Of a stretch of DNA of 53,725 nt, positions 37,920 through 49,464 are shown one piece after another. Below the pieces are notes generated by a model. That model saw nothing but the letters and a program-made list of their open reading frames with translations. It was not told the DNA's origin and made no database searches. The DNA comes from Bacilli bacterium (lineage in GTDB: Bacteria; Bacillota_I; Bacilli_A; RF39; UBA660). Where the stretch lies: NCBI GenBank assembly GCA_017625395.1, contig JAGALD010000018.1:1-53725 (forward strand). Direction: 5' to 3'. Both the position numbers and the translations under genes were made by a program. Position 1 is the stretch's first letter. Every line of letters starts with the position of its first letter.

Positions 37920-39470
37920 ATGAATAATAAGTTTTCTGAAAATTTAAAAAAGATTAGAAAAGACAATAATCTTTCACAAGAACAACTTGCCGATGAACTT
38001 GGTGTTTCAAGACAAGCAATATCAAAATGGGAATCGGCAGTTGCATATCCAGAGATGGATAAAATAATTACTTTATGTGAAAAATTTAATTTGAATATTG
38101 ATGATTTATTACATAAAGATATTAGAGAAGTAAAAGGAGAAGAAGAAAGTAAAAAGAATATTAACAAATATATTGAGGATTTCTTGAACTTTATTACCAA
38201 CACTATAAATTTATTTTGTAATATGAGTTTTAAAAGTAAATGTAAATGTTTATTTGAACAGCTTATTATAGGAATAATATTAATAATTATTTGTTTAATT
38301 GTTGGTTCAGTAGGAGAAAGTTTATTATATTCAACGATTGATATTATGCCTGATAAAATTTTTGCTATTTTGCGTTTAATATTCAATTTTGTATATATTT
38401 TATTTGCTATTACAAGTTCAGTTGTAATAATGGTGCATATCTTTAAAACAAGATATTTAGATTATTACGATAAGATAAAAAAAGATTGTTCTAATGAATC
38501 AAAAGAAGAAGCTTTGTTATTAGAAGATGTAGAGAAAGAAGAAAAGTTAGAAAAGAAAAATAAAATATATTTTAAGAAGAATGAAGATAAAATTATAATT
38601 AGAGATCCTAATCATAGTGAATATAAATTTATAAATGGTTTATTTAAAGGAATTGTGGGATTTATTAAATTCTTTGTATTATGTTTTTCGATAATATTAT
38701 TTGCATCATTAATATCTTTATTTTGCTTATTTGTAGTTTCTTTTTTAGCAGTTAAAACAGGATTGGTTTTTATAGGATTATTATTAGCAATAATATCTTC
38801 TGCAATTATAAATATTGTATTGATATTACTTTCATTAAACTTTGTATTTAATAGAAAAAATGATAAAAAGAAAATGATATGGTCATTTATTATATCACTT
38901 GTAATGTTCGGAGTAGGAATTGGTTTAGTTATAGTAGGTGCGTTAAACTTTGAATATATAGAAAATGATAAAAGTAGATTAAAAACAGATTATATGGAAA
39001 TTGATATGAAAGACAATTTAATTTTTGGTTATCACTATCCTGAAGTAAAATACATTGAATCTAATAATGATAATATTAAGATAGAATATACATTGAATAA
39101 ATATTGTGAAATAAATCATTCAGATTTATCAGATAATGTATTTCATATGTGGGCAAGTTGTGAAAACCCAATTAAATTGATAAAAGGAGTAATAAATAAT
39201 TTTAATAATAAGAAAATTGTTTCAATTAATAATCAATTACAAGATGTGAAAGTATATACTACAAAAGAAAATATTGATAAATTAAAGAAAAATTATAAAG
39301 ATTATACTGATATTGAAGTTCAACATCAAAGTACCATTAATTATTATGAGAAAGAGATAAATGAATTGCAAAAAAAAGTTGATAACTATATTCAAAAAGA
39401 GTGGGAATATAAGGAAGAAATTAATGATTTAAAAAATCAATTATCTATGTATGAAAATAATAACGAATAA
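37920..39470 (+). CDS. XRE HTH polytopic membrane protein
   Basis: LSQEQLADELGVSRQAISKWES; about five TMs; start refined by AGGAGG. Confidence 0.85.
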   Translation: MNNKFSENLKKIRKDNNLSQEQLADELGVSRQAISKWESAVAYPEMDKIITLCEKFNLNIDDLLHKDIREVKGEEESKKNINKYIEDFLNFITNTINLFCNMSFKSKCKCLFEQLIIGIILIIICLIVGSVGESLLYSTIDIMPDKIFAILRLIFNFVYILFAITSSVVIMVHIFKTRYLDYYDKIKKDCSNESKEEALLLEDVEKEEKLEKKNKIYFKKNEDKIIIRDPNHSEYKFINGLFKGIVGFIKFFVLCFSIILFASLISLFCLFVVSFLAVKTGLVFIGLLLAIISSAIINIVLILLSLNFVFNRKNDKKKMIWSFIISLVMFGVGIGLVIVGALNFEYIENDKSRLKTDYMEIDMKDNLIFGYHYPEVKYIESNNDNIKIEYTLNKYCEINHSDLSDNVFHMWASCENPIKLIKGVINNFNNKKIVSINNQLQDVKVYTTKENIDKLKKNYKDYTDIEVQHQSTINYYEKEINELQKKVDNYIQKEWEYKEEINDLKNQLSMYENNNE

Positions 39471-39486
39471 TTAAAAGAGGTAATAA

Positions 39487-39789
39487 ATGAAAAGAATTTT
39501 GAAAATTATTATTCCATCTATGTTGATGTTGTTATTGATATATTTATGGAAAGATGGTAAAGATATATTGAATGGCATATATATTGCATTTCCATTAATG
39601 TATATATTAATAGGTTTAATATGCTCGGATTTTAAAATAGAATTATTATTTAGTTTAATTTTGTTATCTATATCCTTTTTAATACCGATTAATTTAATGT
39701 TCAATATGGGGAATTGTATTGATTTAGTGATTATTTATAATCTATTGAGTTTTATCAGTTATTTGATAAAAAAGAAAATAAAAAATTAA
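39487..39789 (+). CDS. Small 4-TM membrane protein
   Basis: GAGGT RBS; hydrophobic 100 aa. Confidence 0.65.
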   Translation: MKRILKIIIPSMLMLLLIYLWKDGKDILNGIYIAFPLMYILIGLICSDFKIELLFSLILLSISFLIPINLMFNMGNCIDLVIIYNLLSFISYLIKKKIKN

Positions 39790-39872
39790 TACAAATTTAT
39801 AATTTAAAGGGTAGTTCGATAAAAAGAACTACTTTTTTCATGATATAATTAATAATGGAATGGAGGTATAAA

Positions 39873-41375
39873 ATGAGTAGAGTATATGCTTGTATTGATT
39901 TGAAAAGTTTTTATGCCTCTGTAGAATGCAAGGAAAGAGGGTTGGATCCTTTAACAACAAATTTAGTTGTAGCTGATGAGAGTAGAACGGAAAAGACTGT
40001 TTGCCTTGCAATAACTCCATCTATGAAACAATATGGGTTAGGGGGTAGAGCAAGGTTATATGAGGTAATTCAAAAAGTTAAGCAAGTTAATTACGATAGA
40101 AAAAGAAACAATAATTATAAATCATTTACAAATAAATCTGTGAATGATAACGAATTAAAAAAAGATAAAAGTTTAGAATTGGATTTTATAATTGCTCCCC
40201 CACGAATGTCATATTATATGGATTATAGTACTAAAATTTACAATGTCTATTTAAAATATTTATCAGCGGATGATATATATGTTTATTCTATTGATGAAGT
40301 TTTTTGTGATTTAACAAACTATCTTCAATATAATAATATGACACCAAGAGAATTAGTTACTAAAATGATCCATGATGTTTATGAAACTACTGGTATAACT
40401 GCTACTGGTGGTATAGGAACAAATATGTATTTAGCAAAGGTAGCAATGGATATAGTTGCAAAACATACTGAACCAGATAAATTTGGTGTAAGAATGGCAG
40501 AACTTGATGAAATGAGTTATAGAGAAAAATTATGGAGCCATAAACCTTTAACATCATTTTGGAGAGTCGGACCTGGCTATACGAAAAAATTAGAATCTAA
40601 AGGTATATATACTATGGGAGATATTGCAAGATGTTCAATAGAAAATGAAGAATTATTATATAAGTTATTTGGTGTAAATGCAGAACTATTAATCGATCAT
40701 GCATGGGGATGGGAACCATGTACTATTAAGGATATAAAGTCATATAAACCTGAAAGAAATAGTATAAGTTCTGGACAAGTTTTACATTGTCCATATACAT
40801 TTAAAAAAGCAAAAATAATAATAAAAGAAATGGCTGACTTACTGGCTTTAGATTTGGTAAAAAAGAATTTGGTAACAAATCAATTAGTGCTTACAATTGG
40901 ATATGATATTGATAATTTAACAATACCAGAAATAAGAAATAGATATGATGGAGATATTACATATGACCATTATGGTAGAGAAGTACCTAAACACGCACAT
41001 GGTACAATTAATATAGATCATTATACATCTTCATCAAAAATAATTATGGATAATATGATGAAACTATTTGAAAAAATCATAAATAAGGAATTGTTGATTA
41101 GAAGGGTAAATGTAGTAGCTTGTAATGTAGTTCCACCTGAAAGTGTAAAAGATAAAAAAATAGTACAACAATTTGATTTATTTTCTAACAATGAAGAACA
41201 AGAAAAATTAAAAATAAAAGAACTAGAAGATGAACAAGAAGAAAAAAAAGTTCAAGAAGTTTTATTAAGTATAAAAAACAGATTTGGAAAAAATGCAATC
41301 CTAAAAGGAATGAATTTAGAAGAAGGTGGAACAACAATAGAGAGAAATGGTCAGATAGGAGGTCATAAAGGATAA
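39873..41375 (+). CDS. Y-family DNA polymerase (UmuC/ImpB/MucB type)
   Basis: CIDLKSFYASVEC, YSIDEVF, GIGTNMYLAK, C-terminal IGGH. Confidence 0.9.
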   Translation: MSRVYACIDLKSFYASVECKERGLDPLTTNLVVADESRTEKTVCLAITPSMKQYGLGGRARLYEVIQKVKQVNYDRKRNNNYKSFTNKSVNDNELKKDKSLELDFIIAPPRMSYYMDYSTKIYNVYLKYLSADDIYVYSIDEVFCDLTNYLQYNNMTPRELVTKMIHDVYETTGITATGGIGTNMYLAKVAMDIVAKHTEPDKFGVRMAELDEMSYREKLWSHKPLTSFWRVGPGYTKKLESKGIYTMGDIARCSIENEELLYKLFGVNAELLIDHAWGWEPCTIKDIKSYKPERNSISSGQVLHCPYTFKKAKIIIKEMADLLALDLVKKNLVTNQLVLTIGYDIDNLTIPEIRNRYDGDITYDHYGREVPKHAHGTINIDHYTSSSKIIMDNMMKLFEKIINKELLIRRVNVVACNVVPPESVKDKKIVQQFDLFSNNEEQEKLKIKELEDEQEEKKVQEVLLSIKNRFGKNAILKGMNLEEGGTTIERNGQIGGHKG

Positions 41376-41794
41376 TGAATAAGTATGATGATATAATCAA
41401 ATTACCACATCATGTATCTAAAAGACATCCTCAAATGAGTATTATGGCTAGGTCAGCACAATTTGCACCTTTTGCAGCTTTATCAGGATATGATGAAGCA
41501 GTAAAAGAAACTGCAAGATTAACTGATAAGAGATTAGAAATTGATGATGGTTTAAAGTCAATCTTAAATAATAAATTACAATATATTTTAGAAAATATTA
41601 ATATTAATCCAGAAATTATTTTTACATATTTTGTATATGATAGAAAGAAAACTGGTGGTAAATATATTGAAAAAATCGGAATAGTTAAAAAAATTGATCT
41701 AATAGAAAAATATATACTATTAACTGACAAATCAAAAATACCAATAGAAGAAATAATAGACATAAATGGAGAAATATTTAAGGATTTAGAATAA
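41375..41794 (+). CDS. YolD-like accessory protein of the Y-family polymerase
   Basis: YDDII.LPHHVS.RHPQMS..ARSAQFAPFAALSGY. Confidence 0.8.
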   Translation: MNKYDDIIKLPHHVSKRHPQMSIMARSAQFAPFAALSGYDEAVKETARLTDKRLEIDDGLKSILNNKLQYILENININPEIIFTYFVYDRKKTGGKYIEKIGIVKKIDLIEKYILLTDKSKIPIEEIIDINGEIFKDLE

Positions 41795-41820
41795 AAGGTT
41801 ATCATATGATAATCTTTTTT
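41793..41820 (+). terminator. Terminator abutting the RBS of the giant helicase gene
   Basis: aaaaggttatc-atat-gataatctttttt, RBS about 10 nt later. Confidence 0.65.
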
Positions 41821-41843
41821 CATTATAAAAGGAGGGGAATATT

Positions 41844-44800
41844 TTGAATAAAAAGTTTGAAGAAGATTTTATTGAAACAAGAGATGAAAGTTTAAATAAA
41901 ACATTAGATAATAAAATTAATTGGAATAAATTTTTAAATTATTGGTCAAAAATACTTGATAGTTATAGCGTTGATAATATCTTAAATTTATATTCATATA
42001 ATTCTTATGGAAAAATATTTCATACTTTTGATGAATGGAATAATGATGAAATAGATAGAAGAATAAAACCTAAAAGTAAGGGAATACCAATACTTATAGA
42101 TGATAAAAAGGTTTATGTATTTGATATAAAGCAAACATACGGAAAAGAATATAATCAATGGAATTATAATCATTTAATAGATTTGGAAACATTGAGTTAT
42201 TATCAAGATAAATATCAAGTACTAAATGATTCAGAAATTAATATAAATGATAATTTTTATAATGTGTTTTATGAAATCTCAAAATCACAATTGAATAATG
42301 ATTATTTAAGTTTAAATAATAATGAAGTGGAGTTTATTGCTAATACAATGACTTCACTTTTTTTATCAAAAATAAATTTTAATATTTATAATTATGATCA
42401 TAGTTTTGAATATACAAAAGAATTAGATGAAGATGATATATTAAAATGTATGCAAGTTGTAAATAAAGAAACTGCAATTATATACAAAGATTTTATGAAA
42501 AATGCAATTGCTTTAGAGCGTATTCATTCTAATATTAAAGATACAATTATTCAACAATATAAAGATAATGAATTTATGCCAAATAGTGATAGAGAAGGTT
42601 ATCTTCAAACTATAGAAAAAAATACAGGTTATGATTATGATTTAATAGATGGAATTTATAATAATTTATTAAGTAAGTACTCATATATAAAACCAAAAAA
42701 ATTATATATGAGATTTAATACTGAAAAAGAAGTTGAACAATTTGTTGATGATAGAGTAGAGGTAGAGGAAAAAGAACCCAAACAATATAAAAATAGTGAT
42801 AATGAACAATTATCATTGTTTGAGTCGAGAGAAGAAACTTTAGCTAATAAAATATGTGATATTTTTAATTCTTTTGATACAAAATATCGAAATACTTTTA
42901 GTGTCCGTAAGGTGGAACTTCAAAGATGGGAACATATTTCAAGTAAAAAAAGAAATTTAACAATACTTTTAACAAGTCCTTTAGCAGATGATATGGGAGA
43001 AAATAGTTTTAGTTATTTTAATACTGATAAAACTGATGAAATAAAACTAAATGATGGAATTATTAATAATTATTTTTTAAATAAATTAAATAAAGACAAA
43101 GATTTTGATATTTTATTTAGTCCTAGTATTATACATATATATTGGCATAACTTTGATAGTAAAGAATTTGACCTTAATATACCAAGTACAAAGTTAGTAG
43201 ATGAAAATGATCTTGATAATCAAATGTTAGAAGAAATAGATAAAGAAGTTTCTTCTATTACTGATAATGAAATTGATTATAAAGTAACTACTGCAGAAAT
43301 TATTCCAACTCGTTCAGGAATTGAAACAAATGTTATTGAAGAACATTCTTATAATAAAAATGGAATAGAATTAGAAGAAAAATATCCTAAAATAAATTAT
43401 CATATTAGTGATAATAGGGTTGATACAACTTTTGGTGCTAAATCAAGATTTGATGATAATGTCAAAGCAATAGAACTTTTAAAGCAACTTGAATTAGAAG
43501 ATAGAAATGCAACAAAAGAAGAACAAGATATATTATCTCGTTATGTAGGTTGGGGTGGAATTTCTGATGCTTTTGATGAAAGAAAAGATAATTGGGAAAA
43601 AGAAAGAAATCAATTAAAAGAATTATTATCTGAAAAAGAATATAAAGATGCTTCTCATTCTACTTTGTCATCTTTTTATACTCCTAATATAGCAATAGAT
43701 GGAATATATAATGCTTTATCAAAGTTCGGTTTTGAAAAAGGAAATATTTTAGAACCTAGTTGTGGTATTGGAAATTTCTTTGGAAGATTACCAAATGAAT
43801 TTGAAAAGAGTAAATTGTATGGTATAGAACTTGATAGCATAAGTGGTAGAATAGCAAAAAAATTATATCCTAATGCAAAAATAGAAATTAATGGTTATGA
43901 AGAATCTAAAATAAATGATAATCTATTTGATGTAGCTATTGGTAATGTTCCTTTTGGTAGTAATACTATATATGATAAAAGATATAAAGATAAGTTTTTA
44001 ATTCACGATTATTTCTTTCAAAAAACTTTAGATAAAGTTAGAAGTGGTGGAATTATTGCTTTTATAACTACTGATGGAACACTTGATAAAAAGAATACAA
44101 GAGTAAGAGAATATATAGCAAAAAGAGCAGAGTTTTTAGGTGCAATAAGATTACCTAACAATACATTTTCAGGAAACGCTAATACAAAGGTTACATCAGA
44201 TATTATTTTCTTAAAAAAGAGAGATGAATTAAAACTAGATGTAAGTGATGAAAATTGGATTTATACAAGTGAATATGATGATGGAATAACAATTAATAAT
44301 TATTATATTGATAATCCTGAAATGATGCTCGGTAAAATGGGATTACAAAGTTCACAATTTGGTGGATTTGATAATACCTTAAATCCTATTGATGAAGATA
44401 TAAAAGTTTTAATGAATAATGCTATATCTAAATTACCTAGTGAAATATATACTCAAGTTGCTTATGAAGTTAATGATAATAATAGTGAGTATGAAATATT
44501 AGAAGTTGATGATAATGTTAAAAATAATGCTTTTGTTATAGTTAATAAAAATAATAAGGATATTATATATCAAAGACAAGATTCTAATTTAGTACCTTAT
44601 GAAATTCAAGATGGAATGGTAGCAAAAAGAATTATTGGTTTATGTAAAGTTAAAAATGCTTTAAGAAAAGTATTTGATATTCAATTACAAGATGGAACTG
44701 ATGAAGAATTATTAGTAGCACAAAATGAATTAAGTAAAGAATATGATGAATTTATAAAAAGATATGGCTATATAAATGATAGTGTTAATGCTAGAGCATT

Positions 44801-47800
44801 TGATAATGATCCAGATTATTATTTACTTACTTCTATTGAAAATAAAGTTAGTAGAGATGAAGAAAATGAAAAACCTATATATGAAAAGGGAGATGTCTTT
44901 ACTAAAAGAACAATAAGAAAAAGTAAAGAAGTATCAAATGCTGATAATGCAGAAACAGCTTTGAGATATTCTTTAAATAATCGTGGTTGTGTAGATATTG
45001 AATATATGAAAACAATCTACAATAAAACTGATGAGGAAATAATTGAAGAATTAGATACACTAATATATCAAGATCCTTCAAAGATACATGACTTTAATAA
45101 TGGTTGGGTAATTGCAAGTGAATATTTAAGTGGTAATGTAAAACAAAAACTTAATTATGCTAAATCAGTTAATATAGAAAATAAGTATGATAAAAATATT
45201 GAAGCATTGGAAAAAGTACAACCTATACCACTTGAATATGATGAGATAAGTGTAAAGTTAGGTAGTACTTGGATACCAGAAGATGTATATCATCAGTTTT
45301 GTGTAGAACTTTTAGATATACCAAGATGGAATCAAAGTCATTTGAAAATTAAATATGCAAAAGAAATAAATAGTTGGTTATTTCAAGCAAGTGGCTTATA
45401 TGGATATGGTATTAAAAATACTAATACTTGGGGAACTGATAGAGCAGATGCTTTATCTATAATAAAAAACACTTTAAATCTTCAAAGCATAACTATATAT
45501 GATAAATTAGAAGATGAAAGAAGAATAGTTAATCCAGTAGAAACTGCAAATGCTAGAGAAAAACAAGAACTTATAAAACAGGAGTTTAAAGAGTGGATTT
45601 GGAAAGATGAAGAACGAAGAAATAGACTTGTAAAAATATATAATGAACAATTTAATTGCATGAGAGAAAGAGAATTTGATGGAAGTCATTTAACATTTGA
45701 TGGAATGAATCCAACTATAAATCTTCGTCCACATCAAAAAGATGCAGTTGCTCGTGTTTTATATGGTGGTAATACTTTACTTGCTCATGCAGTAGGTGCT
45801 GGAAAAACTTATGAATGTATTGCAAGTGCTATGGAATTAAAAAGATTAGGAATAGTTAGTAAACCAATGTTTGTAGTACCAAATCATTTATTAGGACAAT
45901 GGGCTAATGAAATTTTAAAATTATATCCCACTGCAAATATATTGGTAGCTACTCAAAAAGATTTTGAAAAAACTAGACGAAAAAAATTAATGGCAAAAAT
46001 TGCAACAGGAGAATGGGATGCGGTTTTGATTGCTCATTCTAGTTTTGGATTAGTACCTATGAGTAGAGAGTATGAAAAAAGACATATAGAAAATCAAATA
46101 GATGAAATAGTAGAGGCAATAGAAAGAATAAAAGCAGAATCTAATGAAGGTTTAAGTGTAAAAAAATTAGAACAAATAAAAACTAGTATGGATACAAAAT
46201 TAAAAACTTTATTAGATAGTCCAAAAGATGATGTAGTAACATTTGAAGAATTAGGAATAGATGAGTTAATAGTAGATGAAGCACATATGTTTAAAAATTT
46301 ACCCATGTTTTCAAAAATAAGAAATGTAGCAGGAATAAATAATTCAGAATCTAAAAAAGCAACTGACTTATTTATGAAAATAAGTTATATATTAGAAAAT
46401 AATGGTGGCAAAGGTGCAGTATTTGCAACTGGTACTCCTATATCAAATTCAATGGGAGAATTATTTGCTATGCAAAAGTACTTACAACTTGATAGATTAA
46501 GAGAAATGGGATTAGAACATTTTGATGAATGGGCATCAACTTTTGGAGAAGTAGTTAATAGTTTTGAAATTGCTCCTGATGGTAGTGGTTTTAGAACAAA
46601 AGCAAGATTTGCTCAATTCTTTAATATTCCTGAACTTATGACATTATTTAAAGAAGTTGCAGATATTAAAACTTCAAAAATGTTAGATTTACCAGTACCA
46701 AAGTTAAAAGGTGGAGATTATAAAACAATAGTTGCTCCAAAAAGTAATGAATTAGGAGAGTATGTAGATAAATTAGCAGAACGAAGTGAAATCATAAGAA
46801 ATGGTTGTGATCCTAGAGTTGATAATATGTTATTGGTTACTAATGATGGAAGAAAAGCAGCACTTGATTTAAGAATGATAGATCCAAATATGCCAGACTT
46901 ACCTAATTCAAAAATAAATATGGCAGTAGAAAACATTTATAAAGTATGGTTAGAAAATAAAGAGGACAAGTTAACACAACTTGTTTTTTGTGATTTATCT
47001 ACACCTAAAAATGATGGAACCTTTAATGTTTATGATGATATTAAGAATAAATTAATTCAAAGGGGAATACCTGAAGAAGAAATTGAATTTATTCATAATG
47101 CTAAAACTAATCCACAAAAATTAAAACTATTTGAAGATATGAGAAATGGTACTAAACGAATACTAATAGGTTCAACATCTAAAATGGGTGCAGGTATGAA
47201 TGTTCAAGATAAATTAATTGCTTTACATCATTTAGATTGTCCATGGAGACCAAGTGATATAGAGCAAAGAGAAGGAAGAATATTAAGACAAGGAAATCAA
47301 AACGAAGAAGTTGAAATATATAGATATGTAACTGAAGGAAGTTTTGATGCTTACTCTTATCAATTAATTCAAACTAAATCTACTTTTATAAATCAAATAA
47401 TGGCAAATAGCAATGGTAGTGGAAGAACTGCAGAAGATTTAGATAGAGATACACTTACTTATGCAGAAGTTAAAGCTCTTGCTAGTGGGAATCCGTTAAT
47501 ATTAGAAAAGTTTAAAGTAGAAAATGAATTGAAACAATTATATTTATCTAAAAGTAGATATGATAAATCTCGTATAGAATTAGAAAGTAAATATAATAGA
47601 GAATTACCTAGACAATTAAAATATCAAGAAAGTTATTTGAAAGGTTTACAAGAAGATATTACCAAAGTAGTTGATTTATCTGCAGATAACTTTAATATAG
47701 TAATTAGGGAACAATATTATAATTCAAGAAAAGACGCAAGTACTAAATTTTATCAATCTTTATCGTTGTTAAAAACAGGAGAAGAAACAAAAATAGGAGA

Positions 47801-48164
47801 AATAAGTGGTTTCGATATTATTGGTACTAGAGAAGAATTGAGATATACTCCTGTTGTTTGGATAAAAGGTTCAGGAAAATATAAAGTTGAAATAAATAAC
47901 ATTGATGAAATAGGTAATATTATTAAATTAGAAAATATGTTAAAAAGTTTCGAAAATAAAATAAACACTGTAACCGACCAAATTGCATATACAAAAAAAC
48001 AACTTGATGATACAAAAGAAGAACTTGATAAACCTTTCACTAGTGCAGATAGAATTAAAGAATTACAAAAAGAAAAAGCAAGAATTGATAGTGAATTGGA
48101 TTTGGATAAACAAGAATTAAATGTCGATATGGAAGAAGATAAAGGTCAAGAATTATCACAATAA
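41844..48164 (+). CDS. DarB-like N6-adenine MTase / SNF2 helicase with ArdC-like N-terminus
   Basis: [50 protein letters not shown]; TTG start with GGAGG. Confidence 0.88.
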   Translation: MNKKFEEDFIETRDESLNKTLDNKINWNKFLNYWSKILDSYSVDNILNLYSYNSYGKIFHTFDEWNNDEIDRRIKPKSKGIPILIDDKKVYVFDIKQTYGKEYNQWNYNHLIDLETLSYYQDKYQVLNDSEININDNFYNVFYEISKSQLNNDYLSLNNNEVEFIANTMTSLFLSKINFNIYNYDHSFEYTKELDEDDILKCMQVVNKETAIIYKDFMKNAIALERIHSNIKDTIIQQYKDNEFMPNSDREGYLQTIEKNTGYDYDLIDGIYNNLLSKYSYIKPKKLYMRFNTEKEVEQFVDDRVEVEEKEPKQYKNSDNEQLSLFESREETLANKICDIFNSFDTKYRNTFSVRKVELQRWEHISSKKRNLTILLTSPLADDMGENSFSYFNTDKTDEIKLNDGIINNYFLNKLNKDKDFDILFSPSIIHIYWHNFDSKEFDLNIPSTKLVDENDLDNQMLEEIDKEVSSITDNEIDYKVTTAEIIPTRSGIETNVIEEHSYNKNGIELEEKYPKINYHISDNRVDTTFGAKSRFDDNVKAIELLKQLELEDRNATKEEQDILSRYVGWGGISDAFDERKDNWEKERNQLKELLSEKEYKDASHSTLSSFYTPNIAIDGIYNALSKFGFEKGNILEPSCGIGNFFGRLPNEFEKSKLYGIELDSISGRIAKKLYPNAKIEINGYEESKINDNLFDVAIGNVPFGSNTIYDKRYKDKFLIHDYFFQKTLDKVRSGGIIAFITTDGTLDKKNTRVREYIAKRAEFLGAIRLPNNTFSGNANTKVTSDIIFLKKRDELKLDVSDENWIYTSEYDDGITINNYYIDNPEMMLGKMGLQSSQFGGFDNTLNPIDEDIKVLMNNAISKLPSEIYTQVAYEVNDNNSEYEILEVDDNVKNNAFVIVNKNNKDIIYQRQDSNLVPYEIQDGMVAKRIIGLCKVKNALRKVFDIQLQDGTDEELLVAQNELSKEYDEFIKRYGYINDSVNARAFDNDPDYYLLTSIENKVSRDEENEKPIYEKGDVFTKRTIRKSKEVSNADNAETALRYSLNNRGCVDIEYMKTIYNKTDEEIIEELDTLIYQDPSKIHDFNNGWVIASEYLSGNVKQKLNYAKSVNIENKYDKNIEALEKVQPIPLEYDEISVKLGSTWIPEDVYHQFCVELLDIPRWNQSHLKIKYAKEINSWLFQASGLYGYGIKNTNTWGTDRADALSIIKNTLNLQSITIYDKLEDERRIVNPVETANAREKQELIKQEFKEWIWKDEERRNRLVKIYNEQFNCMREREFDGSHLTFDGMNPTINLRPHQKDAVARVLYGGNTLLAHAVGAGKTYECIASAMELKRLGIVSKPMFVVPNHLLGQWANEILKLYPTANILVATQKDFEKTRRKKLMAKIATGEWDAVLIAHSSFGLVPMSREYEKRHIENQIDEIVEAIERIKAESNEGLSVKKLEQIKTSMDTKLKTLLDSPKDDVVTFEELGIDELIVDEAHMFKNLPMFSKIRNVAGINNSESKKATDLFMKISYILENNGGKGAVFATGTPISNSMGELFAMQKYLQLDRLREMGLEHFDEWASTFGEVVNSFEIAPDGSGFRTKARFAQFFNIPELMTLFKEVADIKTSKMLDLPVPKLKGGDYKTIVAPKSNELGEYVDKLAERSEIIRNGCDPRVDNMLLVTNDGRKAALDLRMIDPNMPDLPNSKINMAVENIYKVWLENKEDKLTQLVFCDLSTPKNDGTFNVYDDIKNKLIQRGIPEEEIEFIHNAKTNPQKLKLFEDMRNGTKRILIGSTSKMGAGMNVQDKLIALHHLDCPWRPSDIEQREGRILRQGNQNEEVEIYRYVTEGSFDAYSYQLIQTKSTFINQIMANSNGSGRTAEDLDRDTLTYAEVKALASGNPLILEKFKVENELKQLYLSKSRYDKSRIELESKYNRELPRQLKYQESYLKGLQEDITKVVDLSADNFNIVIREQYYNSRKDASTKFYQSLSLLKTGEETKIGEISGFDIIGTREELRYTPVVWIKGSGKYKVEINNIDEIGNIIKLENMLKSFENKINTVTDQIAYTKKQLDDTKEELDKPFTSADRIKELQKEKARIDSELDLDKQELNVDMEEDKGQELSQ

Positions 48165-48358
48165 AATAAATTTAATTTTTTTCATAAAACTACTTGCAAA
48201 AATTCCTTTTTTAAGTGATAAATGGAACGAAGGGAAAACGCTATTAAATATGTCTAATTTGAATAATATACACTTTAAAGACGGCTTTCAATCATATACT
48301 TGTATAAAAAAATTAAATTGTTCAAATGGGCTTAAAATAGCAAAGGAAGGAGTATGAT

Positions 48359-48583
48359 ATGAAAGAGTTGAACATCAATAAAGATTTTATGTTATGGTTT
48401 TTAGAAATTGTCGAAAACATAATAGTAGATAGCATTGAAGATAATCCGACAAAATTTCCTACATTCCTTGCTGTAAATGAATTGATAAACAAACTAAATT
48501 TAGAAGAAGGAGTTAACATTTCTAATGTAATAGGAGAATTAACAACTAATAAAATTTTTGAAGAAGTAAAAAATAATATATAA
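48359..48583 (+). CDS. Hypothetical protein
   Basis: 74 aa; AAGGAG RBS. Confidence 0.6.
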   Translation: MKELNINKDFMLWFLEIVENIIVDSIEDNPTKFPTFLAVNELINKLNLEEGVNISNVIGELTTNKIFEEVKNNI

Positions 48584-48599
48584 GAGGGAGAGATGAAAG

Positions 48600-49130
48600 A
48601 TGTATATTACAGATAGTACTGAAAATGTTAGAGAATTAATTGAAAAGTTAGAAGAAATTAAAGACATAAGTAAAATGAGATTCTTACTATATATATTTAA
48701 TTCTTTAAATAATAATTTGATTAACAATAAAAATGAAGTTAATCCTAACTTGGTGGAAGATCCTGATTTAGTTATATTTAATTTTCCATCAATTGGTTTT
48801 GCAGATAACTATATTACTATTTTCTTACAATATAATGTTATGGTATATAATGTATTCTGCAAACAAAACAAAATAGTAAGTGAACTAGACGCTTATGAAG
48901 ATGAAGGCAATGTATATGGAGTAGAATATGATGAGGAAGATAAAGAATTAATAACTTTATTTGAAAAATTATCTTTTAAAGAAAAATTAGATATATTTGG
49001 AGAGATAGTTATAAGGTATGATAATGAAACATACTTTAAGGAAAGAATAACAATGCTTACATTTGATTCTGATAGAAGTGGTTATGACATAGCAAAATTA
49101 ATAAAGGATTTTAAAAACAATAATAAATAA
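48600..49130 (+). CDS. Hypothetical acidic protein
   Basis: 176 aa; GGGAG RBS; followed by a terminator. Confidence 0.7.
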   Translation: MYITDSTENVRELIEKLEEIKDISKMRFLLYIFNSLNNNLINNKNEVNPNLVEDPDLVIFNFPSIGFADNYITIFLQYNVMVYNVFCKQNKIVSELDAYEDEGNVYGVEYDEEDKELITLFEKLSFKEKLDIFGEIVIRYDNETYFKERITMLTFDSDRSGYDIAKLIKDFKNNNK

Positions 49131-49142
49131 AAATAAAACAAG

Positions 49143-49174
49143 AAAGCTCAATGCAAAATGTGTTGAGTTTTTTT
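49143..49174 (+). terminator. Intrinsic terminator
   Basis: aaagctcaatgc-aaaat-gtgttgagttttttt. Confidence 0.7.
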
Positions 49175-49223
49175 GTTGCATAAATTTATATAATTCTTAA
49201 TAAGTTTTAGAGGAGGCAGATAC

Positions 49224-49385
49224 ATGGAGATGAACAATAATTTAAACTTAAATTACAATATTAAATTAAATTACGATTCAAATGGTAAAGATTTATATCA
49301 AATTATAAAAGAACATTTTTTAATATATATAAAAGAATTAAAAAAAGATAAAGAAAATCAAAAAAATGTTAATCAGAAACAATAA
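49224..49385 (+). CDS. 53-aa ORF, candidate recombination directionality factor
   Basis: AGGAGG RBS; MEMNNNLNLNYNIKLNYDSNGKDLYQIIKEHFLIYIKELKKDKENQKNVNQKQ; directly upstream of the recombinase. Confidence 0.55.
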   Translation: MEMNNNLNLNYNIKLNYDSNGKDLYQIIKEHFLIYIKELKKDKENQKNVNQKQ

Positions 49386-49464
49386 AAGTGACACCAAAAT
49401 ATGTTATAATTAATATAGCATTAAGAGTTTCCGATTAACATATTTTATAGGAGGGAAATAAGTT

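Noticed and set aside
48121-48357. 78-aa ORF overlapping the helicase end
   Set aside because: No RBS, spans a probable promoter region; at most a 35-aa ORF from 48250, unsupported
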